A stretch of DNA of 64,000 bases. Origin: Eledone cirrhosa (taxonomy: Eukaryota). The position numbers and the translations under genes were made by a program. The stretch's first letter is position 1, and every line of letters begins with the position of its first letter. Below are positions 32,690-46,403 of this stretch, one piece after another. The notes beneath the pieces are model-generated. The model made no database searches, had not been told where the DNA came from, and saw only the letters and a program-made list of their open reading frames with translations. The stretch lies in contig OZ024743.1 of assembly GCA_964016885.1 (NCBI GenBank), forward strand, positions 360,592,001-360,656,000, written 5' to 3'.

Positions 32690-34252
32690 TGTATGTATGT
32701 ATGTATGTATGTATGTATGTATGTATGTATGTCAGGTCACCAGTTGGTGCTACTGGTAACATGTATCCCAGTACAACCTGTCTCATGGTCGGGTCGTTGG
32801 CGACTAAACTGGCAACCCAACCAAGTTTTCTTGGTAAGGAGGGTGACTTTGGACATACTGCAGGACTAAAAACAAAACCTGTCAAAGGGCAAATGAACTC
32901 TTAAGAGTCAATGGCCATCCAAAATCACCGGGAGAGATGACCCCTTAGGCAGAATTCTAGGAGAAGGAAAACTCTGATATAACACCTGCAACCCTGATGG
33001 TATCCAATGTTGTTGACTTGTTCTTCTCTTTGGTAAATATCATCTTGGTTAAGAGAGTGGGACTGGCTTTTTGCAGTGCCTTTGCTCACTATAAAAGGTT
33101 CACGGCACAGGCATTGCTTTTTATCTGGAGATCTCTCTGCACTTGTCGTCACATTGTACCATGGGCCCAGCACTAAGTGTCAATAATTATCACAAGTGTA
33201 GTGTTTGTACCAGAGTTTTCAAGTCGCTGGCAGGACTAAAAAGTCACACTCGTTCAGCGCATCGGTAGGGTTCTCCTATATGGATATAAAGTAGTGGCCG
33301 TACTCGAAAACGAGTTGGCAGCCACCATGTATGTATGTATGCGTGAGTGTGTACGTTTATTTGTGTATGCACATATGTGTTTCTGTGTGCGCTCTTTATA
33401 GCATATGTGAGACGATCTAAAGTAAATTTAAAGTAGATACAATTACGGTTTTCAAATAAGCCTAGCTGTGAGCACACTTTTGTTATTCTTTTCATTGATA
33501 TAATTTATAAGATAATGCCAAAATTCCTTTCTCCTTTCTTATAATGTTCACAGTTATTTTCTAAAATAATGTTTGAGTAAAGAAATATAAAGACCTTTCA
33601 AAACTACCCTTTTAATGTTTATGATGGAAGGATTAAGAAATATGAGATGTTCTTAAGGCATTAGTTTGACTAAAAGAATTTGATTTGTTTTTCTCTATAT
33701 CTTTACATATTTCATTATGATAATTGTAAGAGAATTGAACGATTGACATACTCAAATTATGGTTACTATGTACCGAGCTCACACACGATAGAGATAGTTC
33801 ATTACGCACGTCATTATCAAAGACAGGGACACAGAGTTATGAGATATCCAGGGTTTAATGGAATTAATTTTCAAAACGCAAGAATAAAAATGTTATGTAC
33901 ATTTCAATTGATTAAGGTTTGGCGATGTCTCCTTTAGTTAAGTCCACGCTGAATCTTTACTTCCTACTCTTGAATTATGACTCTCACATGAAGAATTAAT
34001 GTACCTTTTTATATCAATGTCATATTTCCGTCATTTATTGGATACTGTGTCAAATACAAACTTTGGTGTAGTGGATGAAGGAGAAATTAAGACTCCAGCC
34101 AAGTACTATGTTATCTTCATTAAAAAGAAAAATCAGCATGTCTGATCACACGTGGCACGTGTTTCGTAGCAAATATCACTGCAAATATCGATCTGGAGCT
34201 GCAATAAGCACATTTATTATATGTATATATATATACATATATATATATACAC

Positions 34253-34393
<141 letters not shown>

Positions 34394-34423
34394 ATATACA
34401 TCTATATATATATATATATATTA

Positions 34424-34503
<80 letters not shown>

Positions 34504-35031
34504 TTGAGGTTGGTAATGGCACGTGGAATATATAAGAGACAGAATACTTTTTTGTGAAAAAACATATAATTTTATAAGGTAAGGAAATAATAAAGGGTAT
34601 AAAAAATGACCGGTTTCGATGGGTCTGCAAAAACCATCTTTTCAAATGTTGATTAATATTAAGAAAAATTAATAATAAGAAGAAGAGTTAAAATTTGAGA
34701 TTTGAAAATTCAAGTATAAAATTCATTGCGGGATTTCACAGAAGTTTTCATCTTGGTAGCAGCTCGTTTAGCAGCTCGTTGACTGCTGGGTGCCTTTCTG
34801 GTAGTGAATGAGAAGTTATTTGGGGGTGTGGGTTATTTTATAAAGGTCAAATTTAGCAATGGCCAGATGGCCAGCTGCTGGTCAGTGAGGGGGTGGAAGC
34901 AATATACATACATATATCTTCCTGTGGTAGGTAGGAGAGGGGAGATTGATAGAAAGGGATTTAGTGCACTTACACCTATATATACACACATACCTTCATC
35001 CACACATACATACATATACATATACATACAC

Positions 35032-35088
<57 letters not shown>

Positions 35089-35155
35089 CATACGTACATA
35101 CACACACACATACATATATATACACACACACATACACACACACATATATGCACAT

Positions 35156-35193
<38 letters not shown>

Positions 35194-36020
35194 GTGTACA
35201 TACACATATATACACACATATACATACACATATATATACACACACGCCCCCACACATACATACACACACACACATATATATACATACACACATACAAACA
35301 CACACACACACACATATATACACATACATACACCCACACACAGAGAAATGGCCTCCAAATATATATATATGCATACATACACATATATTTTTTCCATAAT
35401 ATAAGAAGTTAGGACAGTGAAATTAAAATACAAGTCATTCTGATCACATTGAGTTCTTCATGTAGATTGGGCCCCGTAACTGACAGTGGTGAATTCTGTG
35501 TGCGCATATATATATATAGATATATGTGTGTGCACGTGCAGGGTTTAACATGGATGTGTTGGTCACACAAAGGCATGGTCTGTCAACGAATAAACCTGAT
35601 TCTACAGAATTGGTCTCTGGTCTTTAATAGTATTGATAATTATATACATGTACACATACAAACACATATATCTGTCACTCCGTGCGTATGTGTGTTTATA
35701 TTTTATGACAATTCTATTGGGGTGATAACCAGTTTAGTTTTGGTTTAAATTTGTTAAGGAATAGATTTTCTTTGTTTATTCTTTGTTGCTGTGTGAGCGA
35801 GTCTGAGCACTTGTAGAAGGGGAAGATTTTAAAGTTGGGTAGTGTCATTCCTGCGCAGTTCGCAATATGGCTGCTCAAGGGGATTTTTCTTGTGCTAGCG
35901 TCCCGGATTTGTTGGCGGTGGATGGTCATTCTTTTGCGTAATGAGGTGCCCGTCTGTCCTATGTAGTTGTGTTTGCACCCACCGCAAGTTATTGCGTAAA
36001 TCAAGTTCTCCGATAAAAAT

Positions 36021-36770
36021 ATGGAGGAAGAATGCACTAAAAAGGCCGAGGGAACAACCCTACAAAATTTAATCAAATCGTGGGAACAGGACTGCGAGAA
36101 TGCAGAAATTATTTCCCTTAAACGGTGGGAAAAATTCGAAAACTGGTTCCTCAAATATGAAGAAGACTTTAAAAGGACGCACCAAACAGGTAACCCCTTT
36201 ATAAAGCATTTGAACATAAGAACTACAACAGACACATTTACACCACCAAACCCAACACACACTAACCACAGGCACATCCCCCACCAACACAAACCAAATA
36301 CGGCCAACTACACCAAAAGAAACACACCCAACCACCACAACACAGGTTTCCGTAGAAATGCCCCCTACATAAACCAACGACGAAATAACATAGATCCAAC
36401 TCACAACACACACACCACATTCCTCAGAAGAAATCCACCCAGACCACTTGAAATCACAACAGAACTTACCCACAACCACACCAGACATCACCCTCAATCC
36501 AACAAAAGACAACCCCCCAACCTCAACACTCTGTACCACAGAAATAACGCACCCAGACCACATGAACCAACAACAGAACCCTTGCTCATCAACAACCACA
36601 ACACATACCACCCCCACCATCACATTCACCCTCATGAAACAACAAGCTACAGACCCACACGCAACAGACCAACAAAATATAATCACACACAAAACTACAT
36701 TCCTTTTTTAGGGAAAAGCCTGAAATACCAGGATACTCGATGGCCCCCGCTCAGGAGAAACCAAAAATAA
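36021..36770 (+). CDS. PLE upstream ORF (5'-truncated; helical charged segment then N/H/T/P-rich region)
   Basis: 249 open codons from the inversion junction, overlapping the RT frame. Confidence 0.65.
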   Translation: MEEECTKKAEGTTLQNLIKSWEQDCENAEIISLKRWEKFENWFLKYEEDFKRTHQTGNPFIKHLNIRTTTDTFTPPNPTHTNHRHIPHQHKPNTANYTKRNTPNHHNTGFRRNAPYINQRRNNIDPTHNTHTTFLRRNPPRPLEITTELTHNHTRHHPQSNKRQPPNLNTLYHRNNAPRPHEPTTEPLLINNHNTYHPHHHIHPHETTSYRPTRNRPTKYNHTQNYIPFLGKSLKYQDTRWPPLRRNQK

Positions 36771-38374
36771 TCAACCTCTCAAAGACACCTCTAACCAACA
36801 CACAAATCAACATTTTAAGTAAGGGCCTGAAATTTACACCTACACCACGTAAACCAAACTTCCCCGAAATGAAGGATGACATCATGGAATACTGCCGAAA
36901 GCTGCGACTAACGGAATTCTTCCACAACGACACCAACACTAAAGACGAATCACTGGTTAGAAATAAAAGCAATTTCTGCCCACAAAAGGGAAGAAATAAA
37001 GCACTGGACACGTACTGCGAACACATCACCAACTTTCCCTATGAAAAAATTACAAATAAACACACGAAATCAAACCTATCTACACACGAATGGGAAGAAT
37101 TATTCACACTTAGAAACAACCCTGAGATAACTATCAAAGAAGCCGATAAAGGCAGTACTGTTGTCATTATGAATACGGACTACTATAGGACCCTCGCACT
37201 TAACATTTTAGAAAACAACACATACTATGAAAAAACAGAAAACTACAAACACACCAAAACAATGGGGAACCTTTTGACCTTACTGAATAAATACCGCAAC
37301 AGCTTAACCACAAAAGAGTTTAACTATATAAGCCACTTCAAATGCAATACAAGCTCTTTTTACGGCTTACAGAAACTCCACAAATGTAAACCCATAAACG
37401 ATGCATGTGACACCTCAACCAACAATTACATTGAACTAACACCACCAGAAGACCTAAAACTCAGGCCAATTATAGCAGGCCCTACATGTGAAACCCACAG
37501 ACTTAGCAACTTTCTGGACATCCTACTGAAACCCTTTCTACAACATATACAGAGCTACATACGAGATGACCTTGACATGTTGAAACACCTCCCTAAAACA
37601 GTAAGTGCAAATACAATTCTTGTCTCCTTTGACGTAATAAAGCTCTACACAATCATACCCCACAACTATGGAATAACAGCAGTCCAATACTGGCTTAACA
37701 CACACCCATCAGAAATACCGACACGCATCAACAAAGATTTTATCACTGACGGACTCCGCTTTATCCTACAAAATAACTACTTCACATTCAATGGTTCAAC
37801 ATACAGACAAGTATCAGGTACGGCAATGGGCACGAAAGTAGCACCCACATATGCCAACCTAGTCATGGGATTCCATGAACAACAAATATACAGTCAGTCA
37901 CTTCTCTTATTTGGAGACTCTTTCCACACACACCTCAAAGCCAATTGGAAAAGATATCTAGACGATTGCTTTATCCTATGGCAAGAAGACATGAACTCAC
38001 TTACTATGTTTAAAAACATGATAAACAACATAGATAATAACATACAATTCACAATGGAATCCAATCCCAAGGAATTAGCCTTCTTGGATATTCTCATCTC
38101 TGTAATAGACGGGAAATTAGATACAGATATATTCTATAAACCCACAGATTCCAAGCAATACCTCTTTTTCACATCAAGTCACCCAAAACATACAAAACTT
38201 AACATTCCTTACAATTTGGCCAAACGTATATGTACCATAGTATCAGATCCACCTAAACGAGAGCAAAGACTAAAGGAACTGATAGACACCCTTATCTTAA
38301 GAGCCTTTCCACTTGAAATAATTAATCAACAATGGAATAGACAGGGCAAAACACCTAAATCCCCATCAACTTAA
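36740..38374 (+). CDS. Penelope-like reverse transcriptase
   Basis: IINLS, LSKGLKFTP, IKEADKG, LRPIIAG, SFDVIKLYT, GTAMGTKVAPTYANL, RYLDDCF, FLDI, SSHPKH. Confidence 0.95.
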   Translation: MAPAQEKPKIINLSKTPLTNTQINILSKGLKFTPTPRKPNFPEMKDDIMEYCRKLRLTEFFHNDTNTKDESLVRNKSNFCPQKGRNKALDTYCEHITNFPYEKITNKHTKSNLSTHEWEELFTLRNNPEITIKEADKGSTVVIMNTDYYRTLALNILENNTYYEKTENYKHTKTMGNLLTLLNKYRNSLTTKEFNYISHFKCNTSSFYGLQKLHKCKPINDACDTSTNNYIELTPPEDLKLRPIIAGPTCETHRLSNFLDILLKPFLQHIQSYIRDDLDMLKHLPKTVSANTILVSFDVIKLYTIIPHNYGITAVQYWLNTHPSEIPTRINKDFITDGLRFILQNNYFTFNGSTYRQVSGTAMGTKVAPTYANLVMGFHEQQIYSQSLLLFGDSFHTHLKANWKRYLDDCFILWQEDMNSLTMFKNMINNIDNNIQFTMESNPKELAFLDILISVIDGKLDTDIFYKPTDSKQYLFFTSSHPKHTKLNIPYNLAKRICTIVSDPPKREQRLKELIDTLILRAFPLEIINQQWNRQGKTPKSPST

Positions 38375-39020
38375 CAATCCAAAACAGAAAACCACACTCA
38401 ACACCCTGCCATATGTATCCACTTTCAACCCCAGAAATACCGAAATGTTTGATCACCTACACAAAAACCTCCCCATCCTACTTAAAGATGTAAAAATGAA
38501 GTCTATTCTTGAAACACACAAGATCCTTAAAAGTAAAAGACAACCCAAATCACTAAAACGCATTCTCACTGGACCAAATATACCCAAACCAATCCTCAAC
38601 CCTACAGTTACCAAATGTGGTAGAACAAACTGTGGAACGTGCCTCTACCTCACTGAAGGACAAACATTTACATTTAAAGATGGCCAAACATTTACAGTAA
38701 AAAACAATTTCACCTGCAACTCGGAGAACTTGATTTACGCAATAACTTGCGGTGGGTGCAAACACAACTACATAGGACAGACGGGCACCTCATTACGCAA
38801 AAGAATGACCATCCACCGCCAACAAATCCGGGACGCTAGCACAAGAAAAATCCCCTTGAGCAGCCATATTGCGAACTGCGCAGGAATGACACTACCCAAC
38901 TTTAAAATCTTCCCCTTCTACAAGTGCTCAGACTCGTTCACACAGCAACAAAGAATAAACAAAGAAAATCTATTCCTTAACAAATTTAAACCAAAACTAA
39001 ACTGGTTATCACCCCAATAG
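38325..39020 (+). CDS. PLE linker + GIY-YIG endonuclease, separated from RT by one apparent 4-bp duplication near 38321
   Basis: frame open from 38325 (INNGIDRAK..LPYVSTFNP), CGRTNCGTC, LIYAITCGGCKHNYIGQT..R...H. Confidence 0.9.
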   Translation: MNNGIDRAKHLNPHQLNNPKQKTTLNTLPYVSTFNPRNTEMFDHLHKNLPILLKDVKMKSILETHKILKSKRQPKSLKRILTGPNIPKPILNPTVTKCGRTNCGTCLYLTEGQTFTFKDGQTFTVKNNFTCNSENLIYAITCGGCKHNYIGQTGTSLRKRMTIHRQQIRDASTRKIPLSSHIANCAGMTLPNFKIFPFYKCSDSFTQQQRINKENLFLNKFKPKLNWLSPQ

Positions 39021-39534
39021 AATTGTCATAAAATATAAACACACATACGCACGGAGTGACAGATATATGTGTTTGTATGTGTACATGTATATAATTATCA
39101 CTACTATTAAAGACCAGAGACCAATTCTGTAGAATCAGGTTTATTCGTTGACAGACCATGCCTTTGTGTGACCAACACATCCATGTTCATCCCTGCACGT
39201 GCACACACATATATCTATATATATATATGCGCACACAGAATTCACCACTGTCGGTTGCGGGGCCCAATCCACATGAAGAACTCAATGTGATCAGAATGAC
39301 TTGTATTTTAATTTCACTGTCCTAACTTCTTATATTATGGAAAAAATATATGTGTAAGTATGTATATATATATATTTGGAGGCCATTTCTCTGTGTGTGG
39401 GTGTATGTATGTGTATATATGTGTGTGTGTATGTGTGTGTGTGTATGTGTGTGCATGTGTATGTATGTATTGTGTGTGCGCGTGTGTGTGTGTGTGTGTG
39501 TATGTATGTGTGTATCTGGATGTATGCGTATGTG

Positions 39535-39567
<33 letters not shown>

Positions 39568-39715
39568 ATATATGTGTGTGTATGTGTATATATGTGTGTG
39601 TGTGTGTGTTTGTATGTGTGTATGTATATATGTGTGTGTGTGTGTATGTATGTGTGGGGGCGTGTGTGTATATATATGTGTATGTATATGTGTGTATATA
39701 TGTGTATGTACACAC

Positions 39716-39753
<38 letters not shown>

Positions 39754-39898
39754 ATGTATGTGTGTATCTGGATGTATGTGTATGTATATATATCTGTGTG
39801 TGTGTATATATATATATATGTGTGTGTATGTGCATATATGTGTGTGTGTATGTGTGTATATATATGTATGTGTGTGTGTGTATGTACGTGTGTATATG

Positions 39899-39929
<31 letters not shown>

Positions 39930-40487
39930 GTGTATGTATATGTATATGTATGTATGTGTGGATGAAGGTATGTGTGTATATATAGGTGTAAGTGCACTAA
40001 ATCCCTTTCTATCACTCTCCCCTCTCCTACCGACCTCAGGAAGATATATGTATGTATATTGCTTCCACCCCCTCACTGACCAGCAGCTGGCCATCTGGCC
40101 ATTGCTAAATTTGACCTTTATAAAATAACCCACACCCCCAAATAACTTCTCATTCACTACCAGCAGCAGTCAACGAGCTGCTAAACGAGCTGCTACCAAG
40201 ATGAAAACTACTGTGAAATCCCACAATGAATTTTATACTTGAATTTTCAAATCTCAAATTTTAACTCTTCTTCTTATTATTAATTTTTCTTAATATTAAT
40301 CAACATTTGAAAAGATGGCTTTTGCAGACCCATCGAAACCCGTCATTTTTTATACCCTTTATTATTTCCTTACCTTATAAAATTATATGTTTTTTCACAA
40401 AAAAGTATTCTGTCTCTTATATATTCCATGTGCCATTACCAACCTCAATTTTCTCTATAACCTTCGTTTTGTGTAGTAAATTACACT

Positions 40488-40549
<62 letters not shown>

Positions 40550-41716
40550 GTGTGTGTGTGTGTACCGCTAGACTTTGGGAGATCAGGCTACCAGTAAAAA
40601 CCGACATAGCAGTATACATATATGTAAGTAAATGTTGTATATCTAATGATATATGATGTATTTACGGATAAACATTTGAAAAGCCTTTTATTTTTCAATA
40701 TTGAAAAGCTGACGGCTAGCACCGACTAGCAGATTCCCTGCTCTCTGCTGGAATTTGAAAAAAGACGAAAATATATAAATTATTAGCCTATGTAGTTGTG
40801 TTGATTAGCTTCATTTGCATATGGAGCTGTCAATTCGGCTAAACTTGATAACTCTATAAAAACATTTATCATGATAGATTCTTTTCCATACATTTGATGA
40901 ACTCAGTACATCCTATACTATAGCTGATACTGCACAGTATGGAATCAAAACATTGATACTTAAACATACTTCCTGTTATAGATTCCATTCAATGCCTTCG
41001 TTGAATTTTCATTCTCCGTCAACTGTTGTATTGATTGTCCTTCTAACTATAGCTATATAATCAAATTTTGAAGCATTCAATGCTTTATCAAAATATTGTA
41101 CACCTCTGGAATTTCTGTTCTTGCCGATATTTTCTTTTCATTTTCATCTCTGGCCAAACAGGGGAAACGATACATTTACACTTAAGAATACTCATTTATA
41201 TACACACACGAACATGCATGCACATTCGGGCACTCGCCCGAACACACACATACTAGCACACACACACACGCATACATAAATGAATACAAGTACATAGTAC
41301 ATATATATATAAGTACATATAAATCATTTTTACTAATGCCGGTTAGATTGGATTTCTATAGAGGCTTATTCATTTTGTTAGTAGCCAATTAATTAAAGAT
41401 TATATATATACGAATATAGAACCATTGAGTATTCTATTATTGTAACCAGTTCGATAAAGCATTGAAATTGACTCTAACAATCAGTTATGATTCCATTGAA
41501 AATAGCTAATTACTACACTTTAGCCCAGCTGTGTTAATGAGTTTGTTTTTTATACATTCACTGTCTTTAGTATAGTTATTATGATTAGCGTTATAAGATA
41601 AAAATAATTTCGATAAAAAGTAACTCATAATTTCAAATCTAGTAGTTTGTGTACTAAGTACATGTATTCTTTTGTGTGTGTGTGTATGTGTGTGTGTATG
41701 CGTTTGCTAGTGTATC

Positions 41717-41747
<31 letters not shown>

Positions 41748-43589
41748 GTGCATGTGCGTTTGTGTGTGTGTGTAAATGAGGATTCCTTTGGTGGCCAGAG
41801 ACGAAAATGAAAAATATCGACAGGAATCGGAACTCAAGATAAATATGATATTTCGAAACTTAATTGCATAGCGAGTGTTAGGAAGAAACTCTAAAAGATT
41901 AATGGCAGAGCTGACGTAAAGTTTAGGGTCTTTCTGAGCGTGTGTATGGGGGGGGGGGGGGTTGTGTCTGTGTGTGTTTGTTTGTGAGTTCAAAAACGTC
42001 ACCATACATTCATATTAATCGAGTGAAATCTAAAGACAGACATCCATATCCGAAACGCTTCATTGAAGATTAACTATGATAGTGTATGTGTTTATTCAAC
42101 AACAGAATTTTCGATTTCCGAATGGATTACTTCTAAAAATGTAAATTAATATTAGATATTCATGATTATCATTGAAATAATGAAAGAAGTTGGATGTCTA
42201 CTGGAGTCGCGTGGGTGTCAACGAAACGATAGAAAGTTGTTTTAAATAGCTTGATTTACTTACTTAGACGAGAGGAAACTTACGTCGGTTTCGACGAAGA
42301 GTGACTCAATTTGTAGATCAATGGAACAACCTAATTATAAAATTAATGTAGAAGTTACTGCATATTCTACTTAAACGTTATCTTTAATGAAATTCCCAGA
42401 GTGGTTTATCGGGCCAAAGTGTGTGGAAAGACTGCCTTTTTGAAATATATGTACTGTACGTGAGAGGGTCTTCGAAATAGTTTCCTTCTTCCCAATGTCA
42501 CTCACAGGGCATATGCTGAGCCACGGCTATGGACAATTACACTTGCTGAAAGTACCACGCAGTGGGATCTAACTGGTAACTTAATAAGTTGTGTTGTAAC
42601 TTACGTACTCGATTATGCCGCATCCTTTCTGTCATCTGGGTATATGAATATCAGACTATTTCACATATTATATAAAAAATATATTTCTACCCATTGATTA
42701 TAAAACGAATAAATATTGCGCTTCTATCGTATAGAAACTATGAGAATCTTTTATGTCGTTTCAACGTTTTGTATAACATATTGGTTTACGTGCTTAACAA
42801 CATTTTTAGTGAGTCCGTTTAGTTAAATAGAAATTCTAGGGAGTATTTTCAACAAATCTATATTACAGGGTCGCGTACGTGAGCAAATAGTCTGTAATGG
42901 TAGGATAATTCTTGTTGTGAAAATGGCAGTTGACAAACTGTATCTACTTTTCAGATTGTGCTACTGAGAGCGACAGTATATTTCATACATTATTAATACC
43001 GTGAAGGCATTATAGTGAGAGTATACCTTTCTTTAAAATAAGAGAGTCGTAAATGATATGTGCAGGCTCTCCGACTTATGCAAAGAATACACCATATGAA
43101 CATATGTCGGAAAGGCATCGTAGGAAAAGCAATCGCCGGTATTCACAATACATTGCAATCCTAATCAAATCAACATTACTTACACATTTCTGGGGATAAT
43201 AATTAAGTACATGTATCACACGAGAACTCCAAAAATACACCGCACTTCAACTCTGTTTATTGTTTTGTATTTTCTACAATCTGTCATCTTTGCCTTCCAC
43301 TCTTTCTCCTCCCTATCTCTGGCTACTTTAACCATTTAGTGATTTCGGTTAAAATAAAGTAACCATCACGTTTAATCATCTGTTCCCTCTCTCCCTCAAT
43401 TTCTAGCCTTGTGCTTTAGCAGATTAAAAACGAAATGTACTGGGTAGTGATAGAAACTTTTTTAAAAATAAGCTGTAATTGCGCCGTGTTATTTTCTTAA
43501 ATTACTCATGGGCTCAACTATGCCTTTCGTCATTCAACCGTCTATAAGATAAGGGCAAGCAATATGTTATGGTCGCTTAGTCTATTTAC

Positions 43590-43658
43590 AAATCATCAAT
43601 TCGGGGAATGAATGATGCATCTTTCATAATATCAACTAGCATAGTCAAAATTCCAGTC
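43590..43658 (-). CDS. candidate 69-nt host exon (TGILTMLVDIMKDASFIPRIDD)
   Basis: TTTTCAG acceptor after a T-rich tract, GTAAAT donor, single open frame, phase 2-2. Confidence 0.35.
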
Positions 43659-44609
43659 CTGAAAATGAAAAATAATAATAAAAAAAACGAGAAATATTAC
43701 AATGAATCTGATCATTTATTTCCAAATTCTAGTGACCATACAGCGCCAATTTCAAAATGCATTTTAGAAATAATAATAATACTAGAAATAATACTATAAA
43801 GCAGCCTTAAATGCAATTTCCTGGGGAGTTTACCCGAAAAAGAAAATTAAATGAAAAGAAGGATTTCTGTGAATAGTTAGTGTGTGTGTATAAGTGACAC
43901 AAAGGTAGAGAATGGAAATGGGTGCGAAAGAGAAATAAAAGAGACAATTACTTTAACCATTTATTGGATAATGCAAAGGTTTTATTAATACGAAGCTTCA
44001 TTTAAGCACCTATACTGAAGAAAGAACCACGTTAATATTATGTTTCGAAGAGTAGTCACGACGAGGTTTTGCAAAACTGGCTACAATGGAATATTGACGT
44101 TATTAACTGTGGTGCTACCGAACGTTTCCTCAATTACTTCCGACACATCCTACCTTTGTGCTCATAACTAATTAAAGAATCTGTATTTCGCACATATCTT
44201 TGATGGAAAATTGTTTACACCATCGAATTTCCCCCCAAAACAACAGTAATCTTATACTATAAAGGTTTAAAACACTTGAATGAAACTAGTTCGTATCGAG
44301 TATAGATATATATATAATTAGTTTTTGGTTGTTTCCATAATGCTATTTGAAGTTAAAACACACACATATGTGGGCGTCTAAGTATGTATATATATATGTG
44401 TATATTCTAGATTGCATGATGGTATTTGAGGTTAACACATACACATATGTGGGTGTGTATGTATGTATATATGTGTATATTCTAGTTTGTATAATTAAAT
44501 TTTAAGGGAAAACGAATTCGCATAACATTTGTTCGTATTATATATTTCGGAGTATAGTCAACAAAATTGACGCCATACTTCACTGTGACTTGACGTTATT
44601 TGCTTCTGA

Positions 44610-44796
44610 ATGGTTAAAGGCAAAGTAGGTCCCGGTTACATTCGATTTGGGGATCCAGCCGGATCAGTTGGAGACATTTGCTTCTGACAGGACCCGCTGG
44701 AGGGTGTGTTTTACGACTCAGCCCCCACGACCCTCTCAAGAATGAGTGAGCGAAGAAGAAGAAGAAGAAGAAGAAGAAGAAGAAGAAGAAGAAGAA
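44610..44796 (+). mobile_element. RTE-type LINE 3' end with (GAA)n tail
   Basis: similar to 20220-20300 on minus strand (TTGGGATCCAG.CGGAT..TCTGA.AGG.CC); GAA repeat tail. Confidence 0.65.
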
Positions 44797-45594
44797 AATA
44801 TGCAAGTTCTGATATAAAATATAATTGTTTCTACTATTGGCTGAACCCCAACAATTATCCCAGTGCATTACTGGTACTTTATTTTATCGACCCCGTTCTT
44901 ATATGAAATATAATGCAAGGAATTCTTAATTCAAAATTTAAATCTGAGGCATTTTCAAAGTTATATATTTTAGCGAAATATCATATGACTTTCATATTCT
45001 ATAACTACAATCCCTTTACACGGCAATAGAATTTAATCATTATCATCTTATATACCTGTCAGTCACCGAAATTATACTGCACGAGTTCAATCCACTATAT
45101 ACATCAACTTAACATTCTGTTACCGAATCTGGTAGTCGTTTTGAAAGTATTCTCCTTATTTTATTGGCTTCTACGAATTTCATTCTAATTATTTAGTCAA
45201 ATAAAGGCATCTGTGTGCCCCAGTCGACATCTATTGCGAAGCATATTTCTTATTGACTGATTTGCCAACTTTATTCCTTCTCAACATAGCAATCCCATCA
45301 TAGTTATTCACTGATATGACACGAACAGGCAGTATCCGGAAATAGTGTTTAAATAGATTTTAACATAGCTATCAAAACTACGTGACCAGCAAGGAAAAAT
45401 TCTATTTTCTCTACTTCCAGTGTTCCGAATGCCACTAATTCTACCATCCCCTCTTCTCCTCTCCATCCTTCTCGCTCACTGTCTATCTGTCACTGCCTTA
45501 ATTCTCCTCAGTGCTTGCATTAATTTACGTTTTCAGATGCACATAAACATGCATAAATATATTTCTACACATTCGCACACACACACACGCATCC

Positions 45595-45710
<116 letters not shown>

Positions 45711-45938
45711 GTGGGTCAGCTGAAATGTTCGCAGGCTGACCAAGATACTCTCACGGACTAACGAAATGACATATATTTTTCAACATTATCCTCGGAAGGG
45801 AACAATGCAGTTATATATATAACAAACTTTAGTATAGAAATGGCTTCTACTGGACTAGAACTCTTTCATTCGGGACTCTCTCTCTCACTCTTTCTGTCTC
45901 TCTTACACACACACACACAGACACACACACAGACACAC

Positions 45939-46010
<72 letters not shown>

Positions 46011-46014
<4 letters not shown>

Positions 46015-46203
46015 TTAATATAGATGAGATTCTACAGGACTAGAACTGTTTCATTCATTAGAAATCATCAGGAATCCTGATGATTTCTAATGAATGAAAC
46101 AGTTCTAGTCCTGTAGAATCTCATCTATATTAAAACTGTTATACTCTGCTATGTATTGAGTACCTTACTTACTGTGGTTACCTCCGATTCAACCCGGAAT
46201 AAC
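46011..46203 (+). mobile_element. perfect fold-back centred on HHR stem I
   Basis: 63-bp arms around a single A at 46074; minus HHR 46028-46076 GATTC-CTGATGA..GAAACAG..CTGTA-GAATC. Confidence 0.85.
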
Positions 46204-46403
46204 GTATATATATATATATATAATGAAGGAGATGTGGTAAGGAACCAGATGGACCATAACGCACCAGAGTACTCAAATACTAAGGATAGTAGAGTGGGTA
46301 ATAGGAAAATGTTTGACATTTTCCTATACATATATATATATACATATATATATATATAGTGACGAAACATAAGTCAATTGCATGAACTCATAATCCTTTA
46401 TTT

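Larger units (their letters stand above)
34495..40456 (+). mobile_element. Neptune-type PLE with inverted 5' duplication of its 3' end
   Basis: 34495-36013 is the reverse complement of 38721-40456; internal ORF1/RT/GIY-YIG; U3-A8 HHRs at 34604-34649 (-) and 40303-40348 (+). Confidence 0.95.

Noticed and set aside
35714-36307. 197-aa minus ORF ending in a GIY-YIG domain
   Set aside because: Chimera across the inversion junction at 36013; the N-terminal part is antisense of PLE ORF1
44335-44492. Local tandem duplications (also 983-1039, 18064-18118, 24195-24316, 58029-58172)
   Set aside because: Ordinary slippage-type duplications with no further structure
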